A stretch of 50,839 nt of DNA from an uncultured Eubacteriales bacterium (GCA_900545325.1 UQZE01000001.1:1-50839), one strand, 5' to 3'. Counted from the stretch's first letter, positions 1 through 9,314 are shown. A program made the numbers and translations. Notes: generated by a model not told the origin, from the sequence alone.

Positions 1-53
1 AAAATTGCGGGCGCGTTCTTTTATAATAAAAGGGGGGAATATGATGAACGTTA

Positions 54-611
54 TCAGATGGCGTCCTTCTGCGGCGCCGTTTCCGTGCGGTAGTAGTCGA
101 TATAATCGGACACCGAATGCGCGATGGTCTCCGCCATGCGGTAGATCAGGCTCAGCCGCGTCAGGTTGAAGAGCTGGTAATTTTTAAAGGACTTCACGGC
201 CACTACGCCGATAATGCTCACGTCGCCGATCTCGCTTAAATTCTTGTTCACGCCGAGGCCGGGTTTCAGTCCCTTGTCCACGGCCTTGATCAGCCCCACG
301 TCGTCCGTTTCGCCCACGGCCGCGTCTATGGCGATGACCATGGACTTCGGGTGCAGCTGCTTTAAATACCGCCGCACGTATTCCACTTCTTTGGACGTAA
401 TCGGCTGGTTGAGCGTACCGTAGATATACGCGCCCGCGTTCCTCTGTTTCAGAAAAGTCCCGACCAGCGGGCCGAGGGAATCGCCCAGCACCAGATCGCT
501 GCCCACGCACACGATGATCGGCGCGGCGTTGTCCGCGTTGAATTCCTTGAGCGCCTGGAAAATCCCGTTGTTTGCATACTTGTTGAATACGTTGAAAGTA
601 TAAGTTTTCAT
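54..611 (-). CDS. yyaC: sporulation protein YyaC (GPR-like, DUF1256 family)
   Basis: 185-aa ORF. Motifs IIVCVGSDLVLGDSLGPLVG, VIAIDAAVG and GLKPGLGVNK match the YyaC family. A purine-rich SD lies upstream. Confidence 0.85.
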   Translation of the reverse strand: MKTYTFNVFNKYANNGIFQALKEFNADNAAPIIVCVGSDLVLGDSLGPLVGTFLKQRNAGAYIYGTLNQPITSKEVEYVRRYLKQLHPKSMVIAIDAAVGETDDVGLIKAVDKGLKPGLGVNKNLSEIGDVSIIGVVAVKSFKNYQLFNLTRLSLIYRMAETIAHSVSDYIDYYRTETAPQKDAI

Positions 612-675
612 GCCCTGCCGCCTTCTTTTTCTATAATGATACCCGCGGCGCGGGAAATTATACCTCTTTTTAGAG

Positions 676-704
676 TTGTATTTATTTTATTTTTGTGGTA
701 ATAT
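676..704 (+). promoter_or_regulatory. sigmaA-type promoter with extended -10; candidate leaderless start for cvpA-like gene
   Basis: TTGTAT (676-681), 17-nt spacer ending TGg, TAATAT (699-704). ATG 713 lies 8 nt downstream with no SD between. Confidence 0.45.
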
Positions 705-712
705 TGATTTAT

Positions 713-1483
713 ATGGCAAACTTACTTCTTTCCTCCAACGCCGCAGTGGACATCGTTCTCATCGCGATCATGGCGCTGTTTGCTTTCTACGGCTTTATAA
801 AGGGGTTTACGTCGCTCCTCGTGCGTTTTCTCGCGGGAATTCTCACGCTGGTGCTTTCGTTCGTCCTGTGCCGCAATGCGGCCGATTTTTTAAATGACGT
901 CTTCGGCATGACGGACAAGCTCGGCGCCTCCGTCGCGGGCGCCCTGCCCGGGGTGTTCGGCGAAGAACTGATGAGCATGCCCGTTTCCATGGTGAACGAG
1001 GGCAATTTAGGTTCGCTCTCCGTTCCCAAGTTCATCGTCAACCTGCTTTTGAAAATCGCTTCGGACGGCTCCGTCCCCGCGGATACCGCCGTCGTAGACG
1101 TGCTCGCGCCCGCGTTCGCATACTATATCGCTGTCGTCATCGGGTTCGTGCTTTGCTATATCCTGTTCAGAATATTGTTTTTCCTTATCGGCAGGCTCTT
1201 CAAAGGGGTAAACAAAATCCCCCTGCTCGGCGGCGTCAACCGCCTGCTCGGTTTTCTGCTGGGGGCAATCCAGGGCTTTCTCGTCGTTTACGTCGCGCTT
1301 TCGGTCGTCGACCTGCTGCCTTTCGGGTTTCTGGAAGGTTTCAAAAACCTGCTGGCGGCGTCCAAGGTCGCAAGCGGCATCATGAGCATCAACGTGTTCG
1401 GCATACTCTTCGGCACGGTCAATCCGCTCGATTACATCACGGGCAAAACCGCGTTTCTAAACTCGCGTTATGGATACATTTAA
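713..1483 (+). CDS. CvpA-family integral membrane protein
   Basis: ORF 695..1483, with the start moved to ATG 713 (MANLLLSSNAAVDIVLIAIMALFAFYGFIKGF). Multi-TM protein with a CvpA-like N-terminus. Confidence 0.65.
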   Translation: MANLLLSSNAAVDIVLIAIMALFAFYGFIKGFTSLLVRFLAGILTLVLSFVLCRNAADFLNDVFGMTDKLGASVAGALPGVFGEELMSMPVSMVNEGNLGSLSVPKFIVNLLLKIASDGSVPADTAVVDVLAPAFAYYIAVVIGFVLCYILFRILFFLIGRLFKGVNKIPLLGGVNRLLGFLLGAIQGFLVVYVALSVVDLLPFGFLEGFKNLLAASKVASGIMSINVFGILFGTVNPLDYITGKTAFLNSRYGYI

Positions 1484-2348
1484 AATAGCCTTGCTGCAGC
1501 TCCTGCCCGAAAGCACGCTGCGGGGCAATATCGAAAAGGGGATTTCTTACTGCAGGGCCGCAAAAAAGGCGGGGGCGGATCTCGCCCTCTTTCCCGAAAT
1601 GTGGAGCAACGGTTACCGCATAGGTTCGCCCGCCGATCTTGCGGAGGAGGCCGTCGCCTCCGACGGCGAATTTTTGCGGCGGTTCGCCGGCTGCGCAAAG
1701 GAACTCGGCATGGCGATATGCGTTACCTATCTGGAAAAGTTTTCGCCCGCGCCGCGCAACTCGCTCGCGCTCTTCGACGGACGGGGCGAAAAAGTGCTTG
1801 ACTACTCCAAAGTGCATACCTGCGATTTCGGGGAAGAACGCCTGCTCGCGGCGGGGGACGGGTTCCGCACCGCCGAACTCGAAACCGGCGAAGGCCCGGT
1901 CAAGATCGGCGCCATGATCTGTTACGACAGGGAGTTTCCCGAAAGTGCGCGCGTCCTCATGCTGCAGGGTGCGGAAATCATTCTCGTCCCCAACGCCTGT
2001 CCCATGGAAATTAACCGCCTTTCCCAGCTGCGGGCCAGGGCGTTTGAAAACATGCTGGGCATAGCCACGTGCAACTATCCCGCGCCGCACCCCGACTGTA
2101 ACGGACATTCCAGCGCGTTCGACGGCGTGGCATATATGCCCGAAGTTCCCGTTTCCCGGGATACGTGTATTCTCGAAGCGGGCGAACAGGAGGGCGTTTA
2201 CATAGCGGAATTCGATCTCGCCGCCCTGCGCGCTTACCGCAGGGCGGAGGTGCACGGCAACGCGTACCGCCGTCCGGAAAAATACGCGGCGCTCCTCGAT
2301 AAGACCGTCCGCGAACCGTTCATCCGCAACGACCGTAAAGAAAGATAA
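1470..2348 (+). CDS. carbon-nitrogen hydrolase (nitrilase superfamily) protein
   Basis: 292-aa ORF. LALFPEMW, ICYDREFPE and ILVPNAC match the Glu/Lys/Cys signature segments of CN hydrolases. Overlaps the cvpA-like stop by 14 nt. Confidence 0.8.
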   Translation: MDTFKIALLQLLPESTLRGNIEKGISYCRAAKKAGADLALFPEMWSNGYRIGSPADLAEEAVASDGEFLRRFAGCAKELGMAICVTYLEKFSPAPRNSLALFDGRGEKVLDYSKVHTCDFGEERLLAAGDGFRTAELETGEGPVKIGAMICYDREFPESARVLMLQGAEIILVPNACPMEINRLSQLRARAFENMLGIATCNYPAPHPDCNGHSSAFDGVAYMPEVPVSRDTCILEAGEQEGVYIAEFDLAALRAYRRAEVHGNAYRRPEKYAALLDKTVREPFIRNDRKER

Positions 2349-2378
2349 AGAGGAAAGCGTCTTCCGCTTTCCTCTTTT
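2348..2378. terminator. bidirectional intrinsic terminator between convergent genes
   Basis: AAGAGGAAAGCG / CGCTTTCCTCTT 12-bp stem with a 5-nt loop, flanked by A- and T-runs. Confidence 0.75.
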
Positions 2379-2381
2379 ATT

Positions 2382-2888
2382 TTAAACTAAATATTTTATC
2401 ATGCCCGCTATCGCGTATCCTTCCTTCCGCACGCGCTCTCCCGTAAAGGCAAAGCCGTTCTTTTTCCAAAACGCCGCGGCTTTTTCGCTCCCCTCTATCA
2501 CGCCGAGCTTTACTTTTAAATAGCCGCTCTCTTTGAAAAAGCGGAAAATTTCCCGCGCGAGCCGACTGCCTTCGCCCGCTCCCTGCCTCGTCTTATCGAG
2601 CATAAAAAGACCTATGTAGGCCGTTTCTCCGTCGGGATACCCCGCTATCAGGTCGGCCTCCGCGATCAGCCGCCCGCCGTCGAAAAAACCGATATAATAT
2701 TTGTCCTCATATCCCTTGCCCGGCGGCAGGGCGGCAAGGTTTTCCCGAAAGCTCTCCGCCGACGGGGACGAAAAGGTGAGCGCGAAAAAATCGGCGTTGC
2801 CGCTTTCGAGCGCGTATACCGCGGCGGCGTCTTTTTCGCTGAGCCGCCTTGCAAAAAAGCGCGGGGATATGTTTCCGATTTCCGTCAT
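2382..2888 (-). CDS. GNAT family N-acetyltransferase
   Basis: 168-aa ORF. RQGAGEGSRLAREI and AAAFWKKNGF match the acetyl-CoA binding motif A/B pattern. Its ATG overlaps the response-regulator stop (TGATG). Confidence 0.75.
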   Translation of the reverse strand: MTEIGNISPRFFARRLSEKDAAAVYALESGNADFFALTFSSPSAESFRENLAALPPGKGYEDKYYIGFFDGGRLIAEADLIAGYPDGETAYIGLFMLDKTRQGAGEGSRLAREIFRFFKESGYLKVKLGVIEGSEKAAAFWKKNGFAFTGERVRKEGYAIAGMIKYLV

Positions 2889-3535
2889 CAGTCGTTTTTC
2901 ATGGCGTTTTCAATGATCTCTTTCGCCTGCACGCGGTTGGCGGCGCCCAGCTTGATATAGATGCCGCTGATATAATTGCGCACCGTACCCTCGCTGATCT
3001 CCAGCGCCGTGGAGATCTGGCGGTTGTTGAAGTTTTCCGAAACCATCATCGCGATCTCCGTTTCCCTGTCGGAAAGCTGAAAGGCGCGTTTGAGCCGTAT
3101 TTCCTTGCCCGTAGTAACCATTTTCGCGGCCGCCGTGATCTTTTTTGCGATGTTGGTCGGCAGAATGAGCTCGCCGTTGTAAGCGTTCACCACGGCGTCT
3201 ATGAGGGAGGAGGCGTTGATATCCTTTAAGAGATAACCGCTCGCGCCGTAATTGATGGCGTCCAAAATATAGTCGCTGTCGTCGAAAGTCGTTAAAATCA
3301 CCACCTTGATGTCGGGATAGTTCTTTTTGATCTCGCGGGTGGCGATCACGCCGTTCATATTTGGCATGCGTATGTCCAAAAGCACCACGTCGGGTTTTTC
3401 TTCGGCAATCTTTTTCAAACAGTCTTCTCCGTCGGAGGCGAGCGCTATGACCTTTATTTTTTCCGAAGTTTCCAAAACGGTTCTGATGCCTTCGGCGAGT
3501 ATTTTCTGATCGTCCGCGATGATGACTTTAATCAT
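2888..3535 (-). CDS. response regulator, NarL/LuxR (DegU-like) family
   Basis: Receiver motifs IIADDQ, VVLLDIRMPNMNG and LLKD, plus a C-terminal LuxR HTH (LSDRETEIAMMV..ISEGTVRNYISGIY). Confidence 0.9.
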   Translation of the reverse strand: MIKVIIADDQKILAEGIRTVLETSEKIKVIALASDGEDCLKKIAEEKPDVVLLDIRMPNMNGVIATREIKKNYPDIKVVILTTFDDSDYILDAINYGASGYLLKDINASSLIDAVVNAYNGELILPTNIAKKITAAAKMVTTGKEIRLKRAFQLSDRETEIAMMVSENFNNRQISTALEISEGTVRNYISGIYIKLGAANRVQAKEIIENAMKND

Positions 3536-4739
3536 TGTTTTCTCCTTTATTGAGGTGCGCGGGCAGGATAAGCTTTATTTCCATGCCCTCGTCTTCTTCG
3601 GTATAAAACTCCGCGCTGCCGCCGAGCTTTTCGGCGCCCGCCCGCATGGAACCGAGCCCGTATCCCTCTTTGAAATCGTCCTTGCCCATGCCGTTGTCCG
3701 AAAGAAGAAAGCGTATTTCGCCGTCGGAAATCTTCAGTTCGAACAAAAACGCCGTCGCGCGGCCGTGGCGTATGCCGTTATTCAGCCCCTCTTTGAGCGA
3801 AGTATAGATGAAAAAGCCGATTTCCTCGTCTACGTCTATCTCCTCCGGATACTTCGCGCGGATCACGATATCCGTGCCCTCCATCGTTTCCGCAATGGCT
3901 TTATCGAGAGAAGCCACCAGGTTGAACGGCACGTATTCGCCCGAAAGCACGCGCACGGACTTTCTCAGTTCCTCGAGCGCGGTAACCGCCTGCATGTTGG
4001 CGGAAACGATTCTGCTCTTGGCCTCCTCGGGATCGGTGTCGAATTTGAGTTTCGCGGCCTCGGTCTGCACGATAATGGTCGTGATAGAATGGCCCGTGGT
4101 ATCGTGGATCTGCTTTGCTATGCGGTTGCGCTCCTCGAGCTGCGCCATTTCCTTCAGATTTTCATTGGCTTCCTGCAGTTTTTTTTCGCGTTCCGCCACT
4201 TCCTGCAGATTTTTTACCACTTCCTTGTTCTTTTTGATGATCACGTTCAGCATGTTCGCGATGGTAAACACCAGCGTGAAAACGATAAACTCGTTGATAA
4301 CGGTGGCGAGCAGTACGGAAAAGTCGAAAGCCGCGGGGGCGAAGATATAATCGCGCACGCCTATGCTGACGGCGTACGCCACAAAGGAAAGCCCGCCGAA
4401 CACGCAGTTCCCCTTAAGCGTGTTGTTCATGTAAAAATCCACGAGGATGAGGGAATAGAGCGTGGATAAAAACGGCATGGAAAACATCAGGGAATACACC
4501 AGCAGTATGACGTATTCCACCGCATAAAACACCGCTTTGACCGCGAGATTTTTTATAAAGAAAGAGTTTGCCTCGAATACGATAAACAGTCCGAGCGACA
4601 AAGAAAGGGCCACATACCACCGTTTTCCGCCCTGAACGGACAAAATGACAAGCAGAACGAAAAGGCAGATGCTGCAGCCGACCTTGATGATGTCGGCCAC
4701 GTCGTATTTCTTCAGCTTATAGAAATTTTTTATTTCCAT
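3528..4739 (-). CDS. multi-TM sensor histidine kinase (HisKA_3 type)
   Basis: ORF 3528..4868 trimmed to ATG 4739 (MEIKNFYKL). About 5-6 TM helices, an H-box (RIAKQIHDTTGHS) and an HATPase_c domain (GLNNGIRHG, DNGMG, GYGLGSM). The ATG overlaps the gltX TGA by 1 nt. Confidence 0.85.
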   Translation of the reverse strand: MEIKNFYKLKKYDVADIIKVGCSICLFVLLVILSVQGGKRWYVALSLSLGLFIVFEANSFFIKNLAVKAVFYAVEYVILLVYSLMFSMPFLSTLYSLILVDFYMNNTLKGNCVFGGLSFVAYAVSIGVRDYIFAPAAFDFSVLLATVINEFIVFTLVFTIANMLNVIIKKNKEVVKNLQEVAEREKKLQEANENLKEMAQLEERNRIAKQIHDTTGHSITTIIVQTEAAKLKFDTDPEEAKSRIVSANMQAVTALEELRKSVRVLSGEYVPFNLVASLDKAIAETMEGTDIVIRAKYPEEIDVDEEIGFFIYTSLKEGLNNGIRHGRATAFLFELKISDGEIRFLLSDNGMGKDDFKEGYGLGSMRAGAEKLGGSAEFYTEEDEGMEIKLILPAHLNKGENND

Positions 4740-6181
4740 CACATTCCGAGAAGCGCCATGGAATAATCGAGGCGTCTGAGCGTTTCCTCCTTGCCGAGCA
4801 GTTCCGCAAGCTCCATCACGCCGCCGGGGGTGGATTCCCTGCCGCTGATGGCGATTCTCACGCACCACAGCACCTGGCCGTTTTTCATGCCGAGGCGGGA
4901 TACGAGCGCCATCAATTCGTCGTGCAGGGTGTTGAAATCGAAAGCGCCGAGCGAGGCGAGCAGCTCTCTCGCCGCGGGCAGAACTTTTTTGGCGATCTCG
5001 GCGTCCGTCTTCATCTTTTTATGAGTGAAAAGAGCGACGTCGTATTCGCCGAATTCCTCCAAAAAGTCCACCTTTTCGGGGATTTCGGCAAAGGTTTCTA
5101 TCCTCGTTTTCAAAAGCGCCGCTATTTTTTTCAGATCGTATTTGCCGTATACCTTGCTCTTTTTAAAAAAGGGCAGGCCGCGCTCCACGAACTCTTCGTC
5201 GCCCATTTCCTTGATATATTCGCCCGAAAGCCAGCGCATTTTCGTTTCGTCGAAGATGGAGGGGGACTTGGATATGCCGTCCAGCGAAAAATGTTCCGTA
5301 AGCTCTTTCAGGCTCATTTTCTCTATATTTTCCTTGGGGCTCCAGCCGAGCAGGGCGATATAGTTGACGATGGCTTCTTTCACGAACCCTTTCTCCACGA
5401 AATCGGCGTAGCTCGCGTCCCCGTTGCGCTTGGAAAGCTTGTGCCGCTCGTCCTTCATGATGGGCGGCAGGTGAATATAAACGGGGCGCTCCCAGCCGAA
5501 CGCGTCGTACATCAGGTTGTATTTCGGCGTGGAGGAAAGGTATTCGCTGCCGCGTATGACGTGCGTGATGCCCATCAGGTGATCGTCCACCACGTTGGCG
5601 AAATTATACGTCGGCATGCCGTCGCTCTTGATCAGAATGCCGTCCTCCATATCCTTGAAATCGACGGATATATCGCCGTAAACGAGGTCATGGTAGCTCC
5701 CCGTTCCCTCTTCGGGAATGTTTTGGCGGATAACGTAGGGCGCGCCGCTTTTCAGCTTTTGTTCTATTTCCTCTTTCGAAAGGCGCAGGCAATGCTTGTC
5801 GTAACGGCAGTTGCCGTTTCCGTCGCGCAGCGACTCTATGCGTTCCTTATCGCAGAAACAATAATACGCCCCGCCGAGTTCCACCAGTTTTTTCGCGTAT
5901 TCGGTGTAGATGTCCTTTCTTTCGCTCTGCACGTAGGGGCCGTAACCGCCGCCGACGTCGGGACCTTCGTCGTAGACGATTCCGGAATCTTTCAGCGTGT
6001 CGTAAATGATTTCCACGCTGCCCTCCACATAGCGCTGCAGATCGGTGTCCTCTATCCGCAAAATAAAGTCCCCGCCGCGCTGTTTCGCATATAAAAACCC
6101 GTAAAGCGCCGTTCTCAGTCCGCCGATATGCAAATATCCCGTGGGACTGGGCGCGAATCTCGTTCTAACCTTGTCTGCCAT
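4739..6181 (-). CDS. gltX: glutamate--tRNA ligase
   Basis: RFAPSPTGYLHIGGLRTAL (HIGH motif), RIEDTDLQR and KLSKRNG (KMSKS motif). AAGGAG SD upstream. Confidence 0.95.
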   Translation of the reverse strand: MADKVRTRFAPSPTGYLHIGGLRTALYGFLYAKQRGGDFILRIEDTDLQRYVEGSVEIIYDTLKDSGIVYDEGPDVGGGYGPYVQSERKDIYTEYAKKLVELGGAYYCFCDKERIESLRDGNGNCRYDKHCLRLSKEEIEQKLKSGAPYVIRQNIPEEGTGSYHDLVYGDISVDFKDMEDGILIKSDGMPTYNFANVVDDHLMGITHVIRGSEYLSSTPKYNLMYDAFGWERPVYIHLPPIMKDERHKLSKRNGDASYADFVEKGFVKEAIVNYIALLGWSPKENIEKMSLKELTEHFSLDGISKSPSIFDETKMRWLSGEYIKEMGDEEFVERGLPFFKKSKVYGKYDLKKIAALLKTRIETFAEIPEKVDFLEEFGEYDVALFTHKKMKTDAEIAKKVLPAARELLASLGAFDFNTLHDELMALVSRLGMKNGQVLWCVRIAISGRESTPGGVMELAELLGKEETLRRLDYSMALLGM

Positions 6182-6192
6182 GTCTTCTCCTT

Positions 6193-6885
6193 TTACCGCT
6201 GTTTTATTTCTTCCAGCCTGTCGCTGTAATAATAACTGTACGTTCTGTTTCCCGCAACGATCACGTGGTCGGAAAGCTCCACGCCGTGCAGCGCCAGAAG
6301 TTTATATAATTTCTCCGTCGTTTCGTCGTCCTTTTTCGAGGGCGAGGGATTGCCGCTCAGATGATTGTGGATCGCCACCGCGCGTTTCGGGCGGGCGACG
6401 ATTATGCTCTGCGCCAGTTCTTTCGGATCGATAAAAACTTCGTCCTTCAGTCCGCAGGCGAAGGACGCTTTCGAAAGGATAAAGCTCTTTTCGTCGAGAA
6501 GATAGAGGGAAAACACCTCTTCTTCCAGCGCGCCGAACTCTTCGGCGAGCCTTTCTTTCATCTTTATGTAGATAAATTTTTCCTTCCCGCGGGTTTTTTC
6601 CCCGGCCAGCCGTTCCGCGAGCGCGGCGTACAGCCTGATGGCGAGGCAGGTCTTTTCGCCCACCCCGTCCACGCTTTTCAGCACCTCCGCGTCGGCGGAA
6701 AGCACGTTTTTCAGGGAACCGAACGTCCTTAAAAGCTTATGCGCCAGCGGATTGGTGTCCTTTCTCGGCAGAGCGGAATAGAGCATGATCTCCAGCACCT
6801 CGTGTTCGCTCAGGGAATCGGGATATTTCAGAAACCGTTCCGTCATGCGCCGTCTGTGCCCGCTGTGAATGTTTTTATCTTCCAT
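6193..6885 (-). CDS. radC: RadC-family JAB domain protein
   Basis: ORF 6193..7017 trimmed to MEDKNIHSGHRRRMTERF. Contains an HhH region (GVGEKTCLAIRL) and a JAB motif (AVAIHNHLSGNPSPSKKD). Confidence 0.8.
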   Translation of the reverse strand: MEDKNIHSGHRRRMTERFLKYPDSLSEHEVLEIMLYSALPRKDTNPLAHKLLRTFGSLKNVLSADAEVLKSVDGVGEKTCLAIRLYAALAERLAGEKTRGKEKFIYIKMKERLAEEFGALEEEVFSLYLLDEKSFILSKASFACGLKDEVFIDPKELAQSIIVARPKRAVAIHNHLSGNPSPSKKDDETTEKLYKLLALHGVELSDHVIVAGNRTYSYYYSDRLEEIKQR

Positions 6886-6893
6886 ACGTATCA

Positions 6894-6921
6894 ATTTTAC
6901 CATATTTTCATAAAAAATCAA
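6894..6921 (-). promoter_or_regulatory. sigmaA-type promoter with extended -10; candidate leaderless start for radC
   Basis: Read on the minus strand: TTGATT, 16-nt spacer ending TGg, TAAAAT, then 8 nt to ATG 6885. No SD. Confidence 0.45.
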
Positions 6922-7037
6922 TCGTTTCTTCCGCAAAATCCCTTTTCGGCATAAAATTTTGAATTTTCCCCGCGTTTCTTTTGCATTTTTTCCCGAAATG
7001 GAATACAATAATACCATAAACTCATGGAAGGCGGAAC

Positions 7038-8300
7038 ATGTTAGACAAACAGCTTTATATTGACGATCTGGCTAAACTCATATCCAAAAAGAGCGTGCAG
7101 GGCGCCCCGCGGGAAAACGCGCCGTTCGGCGCGGAAGTCAAGGCCGCGCTCGATCTGTTTTTAGAGATCGGCGCGCGCATGGGCTTCACCGCGGTCAATC
7201 ACGATAATCATATAGGCGAACTGACCTGCGGCGAGGGCGAGGAATTCGGCATCATAGGCCATCTCGACGTCGTTCCCGCAGGGGACGGCTGGCACACCGA
7301 CCCGTATACGCTCACGCTGAAAGACGGCAAGTATTACGGCCGCGGCACCACGGACGACAAGGGGCCTACGCTCCTTTGCCTTTACGCGCTCAAAGAACTC
7401 AAGGACGGCGGCGCGAAATTCAATAAAAAAGTGCGTTTTTTCGTCGGCTGCAACGAAGAATCGGGCTGGGCGGACGTAGAACATTATAAGAAAAACGGCG
7501 GCACGTTTCCGAAATGGGGTTTCTCTCCCGACGGCGATTTTCCCGTGGTCTATGCGGAAAAGGGGCCGAACAGAGTGGTATTTCATCTGCCGTACGCGGG
7601 AAAATTCAAAAACCTGTCGGGCGGCACGGTGGTCAACGCCGTATGCGCCTATGCCTGCGCGAACGGGCCGACCGATCCCGCTTTGCTGCAAAAACACGGG
7701 TTAAAGGCGACGGGGGATAAAATAGAGAGTTTCGGCAAGAGCGCGCACGGCTCCATGCCCGAACTCGGCAAAAACGCCATACTGCCCCTGCTCCGCTATA
7801 TGGCTGACTGCGGCGAAAACGTGGGCGCGCTTATCGATATTTTCGAAGACAAGGCGGGCATTACCGCGCAGGGCAACGAAACGGGCATGGCGACAATCAG
7901 CCCCGACCTCGTTTCGCAGACCGACGGCGAGATCGTGCTCACCGCCGACTTCCGCGTGCCCGCGCGCATGAAAGCGGAGGATTTTTTTCCTATTTTCGAC
8001 AAGATGAACGTAAAATACGAATTTTTCAAGAACCGCGATCCGCTATACGTGCCGAAAGACAGCGAAACGGTGCAGAAACTGATGAAAGCGTATAACGAAG
8101 CCACGGGACAGAACCTGCGGCCCATCAGTCAGCGCGGGGCTACGTTCGCCTCCGTTTTCGAATGCGGTACTGCGTTCGGCCCGGAATTTCCGGGAGAAGA
8201 GAGCAGCATACATCAGCCCGACGAATTTATCAAGGACAGCGATATCGATCTGATGTACGACATCTATTTCAAGGGAATAAAAGCGGTAACCACGGAATAA
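7038..8300 (+). CDS. M20-family dipeptidase (PepV/Sapep-like)
   Basis: IIGHLDVVPAGDGW, GRGTTDDKGP and CNEESGW are typical M20 metal-ligand segments. Confidence 0.8.
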   Translation: MLDKQLYIDDLAKLISKKSVQGAPRENAPFGAEVKAALDLFLEIGARMGFTAVNHDNHIGELTCGEGEEFGIIGHLDVVPAGDGWHTDPYTLTLKDGKYYGRGTTDDKGPTLLCLYALKELKDGGAKFNKKVRFFVGCNEESGWADVEHYKKNGGTFPKWGFSPDGDFPVVYAEKGPNRVVFHLPYAGKFKNLSGGTVVNAVCAYACANGPTDPALLQKHGLKATGDKIESFGKSAHGSMPELGKNAILPLLRYMADCGENVGALIDIFEDKAGITAQGNETGMATISPDLVSQTDGEIVLTADFRVPARMKAEDFFPIFDKMNVKYEFFKNRDPLYVPKDSETVQKLMKAYNEATGQNLRPISQRGATFASVFECGTAFGPEFPGEESSIHQPDEFIKDSDIDLMYDIYFKGIKAVTTE

Positions 8301-8315
8301 AGGAAGGAAATACGA

Positions 8316-9137
8316 ATGAAATTCGATGTGGAACTCGTCGGAAAAATAGGCTCCATGGCCCTCATCGCAAAACAGGCGCAGATCCCCGATTACACGCGCA
8401 TCGCGCGGCTTTCGCGCGAGCTTAAGCCCGGCTATATCTGGGTAACGAGCGGCGCGACCGAGATCGGCAGGCTTGATTATCTCAGGCGGCACGGGCGGGA
8501 ACTCGAGGGAAAAATGGAGGACGTCAAGGCGGACTATTCCGCAGAGGGACAGTCCATACTCATGTCCACTTACCGTCAGTACGTCGATCCGCGCTATTCC
8601 ATTCGCCAGGTGCTGGTCGTACATCAGCACTTCAACGATCCCTTAAAGCGGGAATTTTTAAAATCCCTGCTTTTGCGCTGCAAGGAGCAAAACGCCATAC
8701 CCATCGTCAATTATAACGACGCGGTGTGCGCCGAGGAAAACCGCAAAATGGAGATACAGGCCCTTCTGAGCGCGCATAAAAAGGTAGTGGAATGCGTGGA
8801 TAACGACGAAACCGCCGCGCAGATCGCCTGTCTCGTAAAGGCGGAAACGCTGCTTATCCTGACCAGCACGGACGGCATATACAAGGATCTGAAAAAAGGC
8901 GAACTGGTGGAGGAAATCGGCGGCAAGGACGTCTGCGAGGTGCTGGAAAACATAGATTATTATAAAGGTTTCTGTTCGGGAGCGTCGCGCGCGGGCGCGA
9001 ACGGCGCGGGCGCAAAACTCGAATATATAAAAGACGCCGTGAAACAGGGCACGAAAGTCATCATTGCCAACGGCAAATATTCCATCAAAGAAGTGCTTTC
9101 GGGCGCCGTACCGGCCACGAGAATTTGCGTAAGATAA
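8316..9137 (+). CDS. amino acid kinase superfamily protein, divergent glutamate-5-kinase-like
   Basis: VGKIGSMALI, WVTSGATEIG, IPIVNYNDAV, DNDETAAQIACLV..LLILTSTDGIY and KVIIANG follow the ProB/AAK fold pattern. No PUA domain. Confidence 0.5.
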   Translation: MKFDVELVGKIGSMALIAKQAQIPDYTRIARLSRELKPGYIWVTSGATEIGRLDYLRRHGRELEGKMEDVKADYSAEGQSILMSTYRQYVDPRYSIRQVLVVHQHFNDPLKREFLKSLLLRCKEQNAIPIVNYNDAVCAEENRKMEIQALLSAHKKVVECVDNDETAAQIACLVKAETLLILTSTDGIYKDLKKGELVEEIGGKDVCEVLENIDYYKGFCSGASRAGANGAGAKLEYIKDAVKQGTKVIIANGKYSIKEVLSGAVPATRICVR

Positions 9138-9140
9138 AAA

Positions 9141-9168
9141 ACGTCGGAAAAAATTCCGACGTTTTTTT
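9141..9168 (+). terminator. intrinsic terminator
   Basis: ACGTCGGAA / TTCCGACGT stem with a 4-nt loop, followed by a T7 run. Confidence 0.85.
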
Positions 9169-9314
9169 ATTTTCGCGCATAAACGCTCTTTTCCCGTACA
9201 TACTAAGCACAGTTATTAAATGCGCGCGCATTTGAAACAAATGACAAAATATTTTCACTTTCCGTGTATAATAACAAAAACATTGCGCATCTTAATAACG
9301 AGGGGGAAAAAGAG

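Noticed and set aside
41-172. A 43-codon ORF preceded by a strong AAAGGGGGG SD at the extreme left end.
   Set aside because: It runs antisense through the 3' end of yyaC and gives an Arg/Pro/Ser/Gly-rich translation. The SD-like run may belong to a gene lying left of the window.
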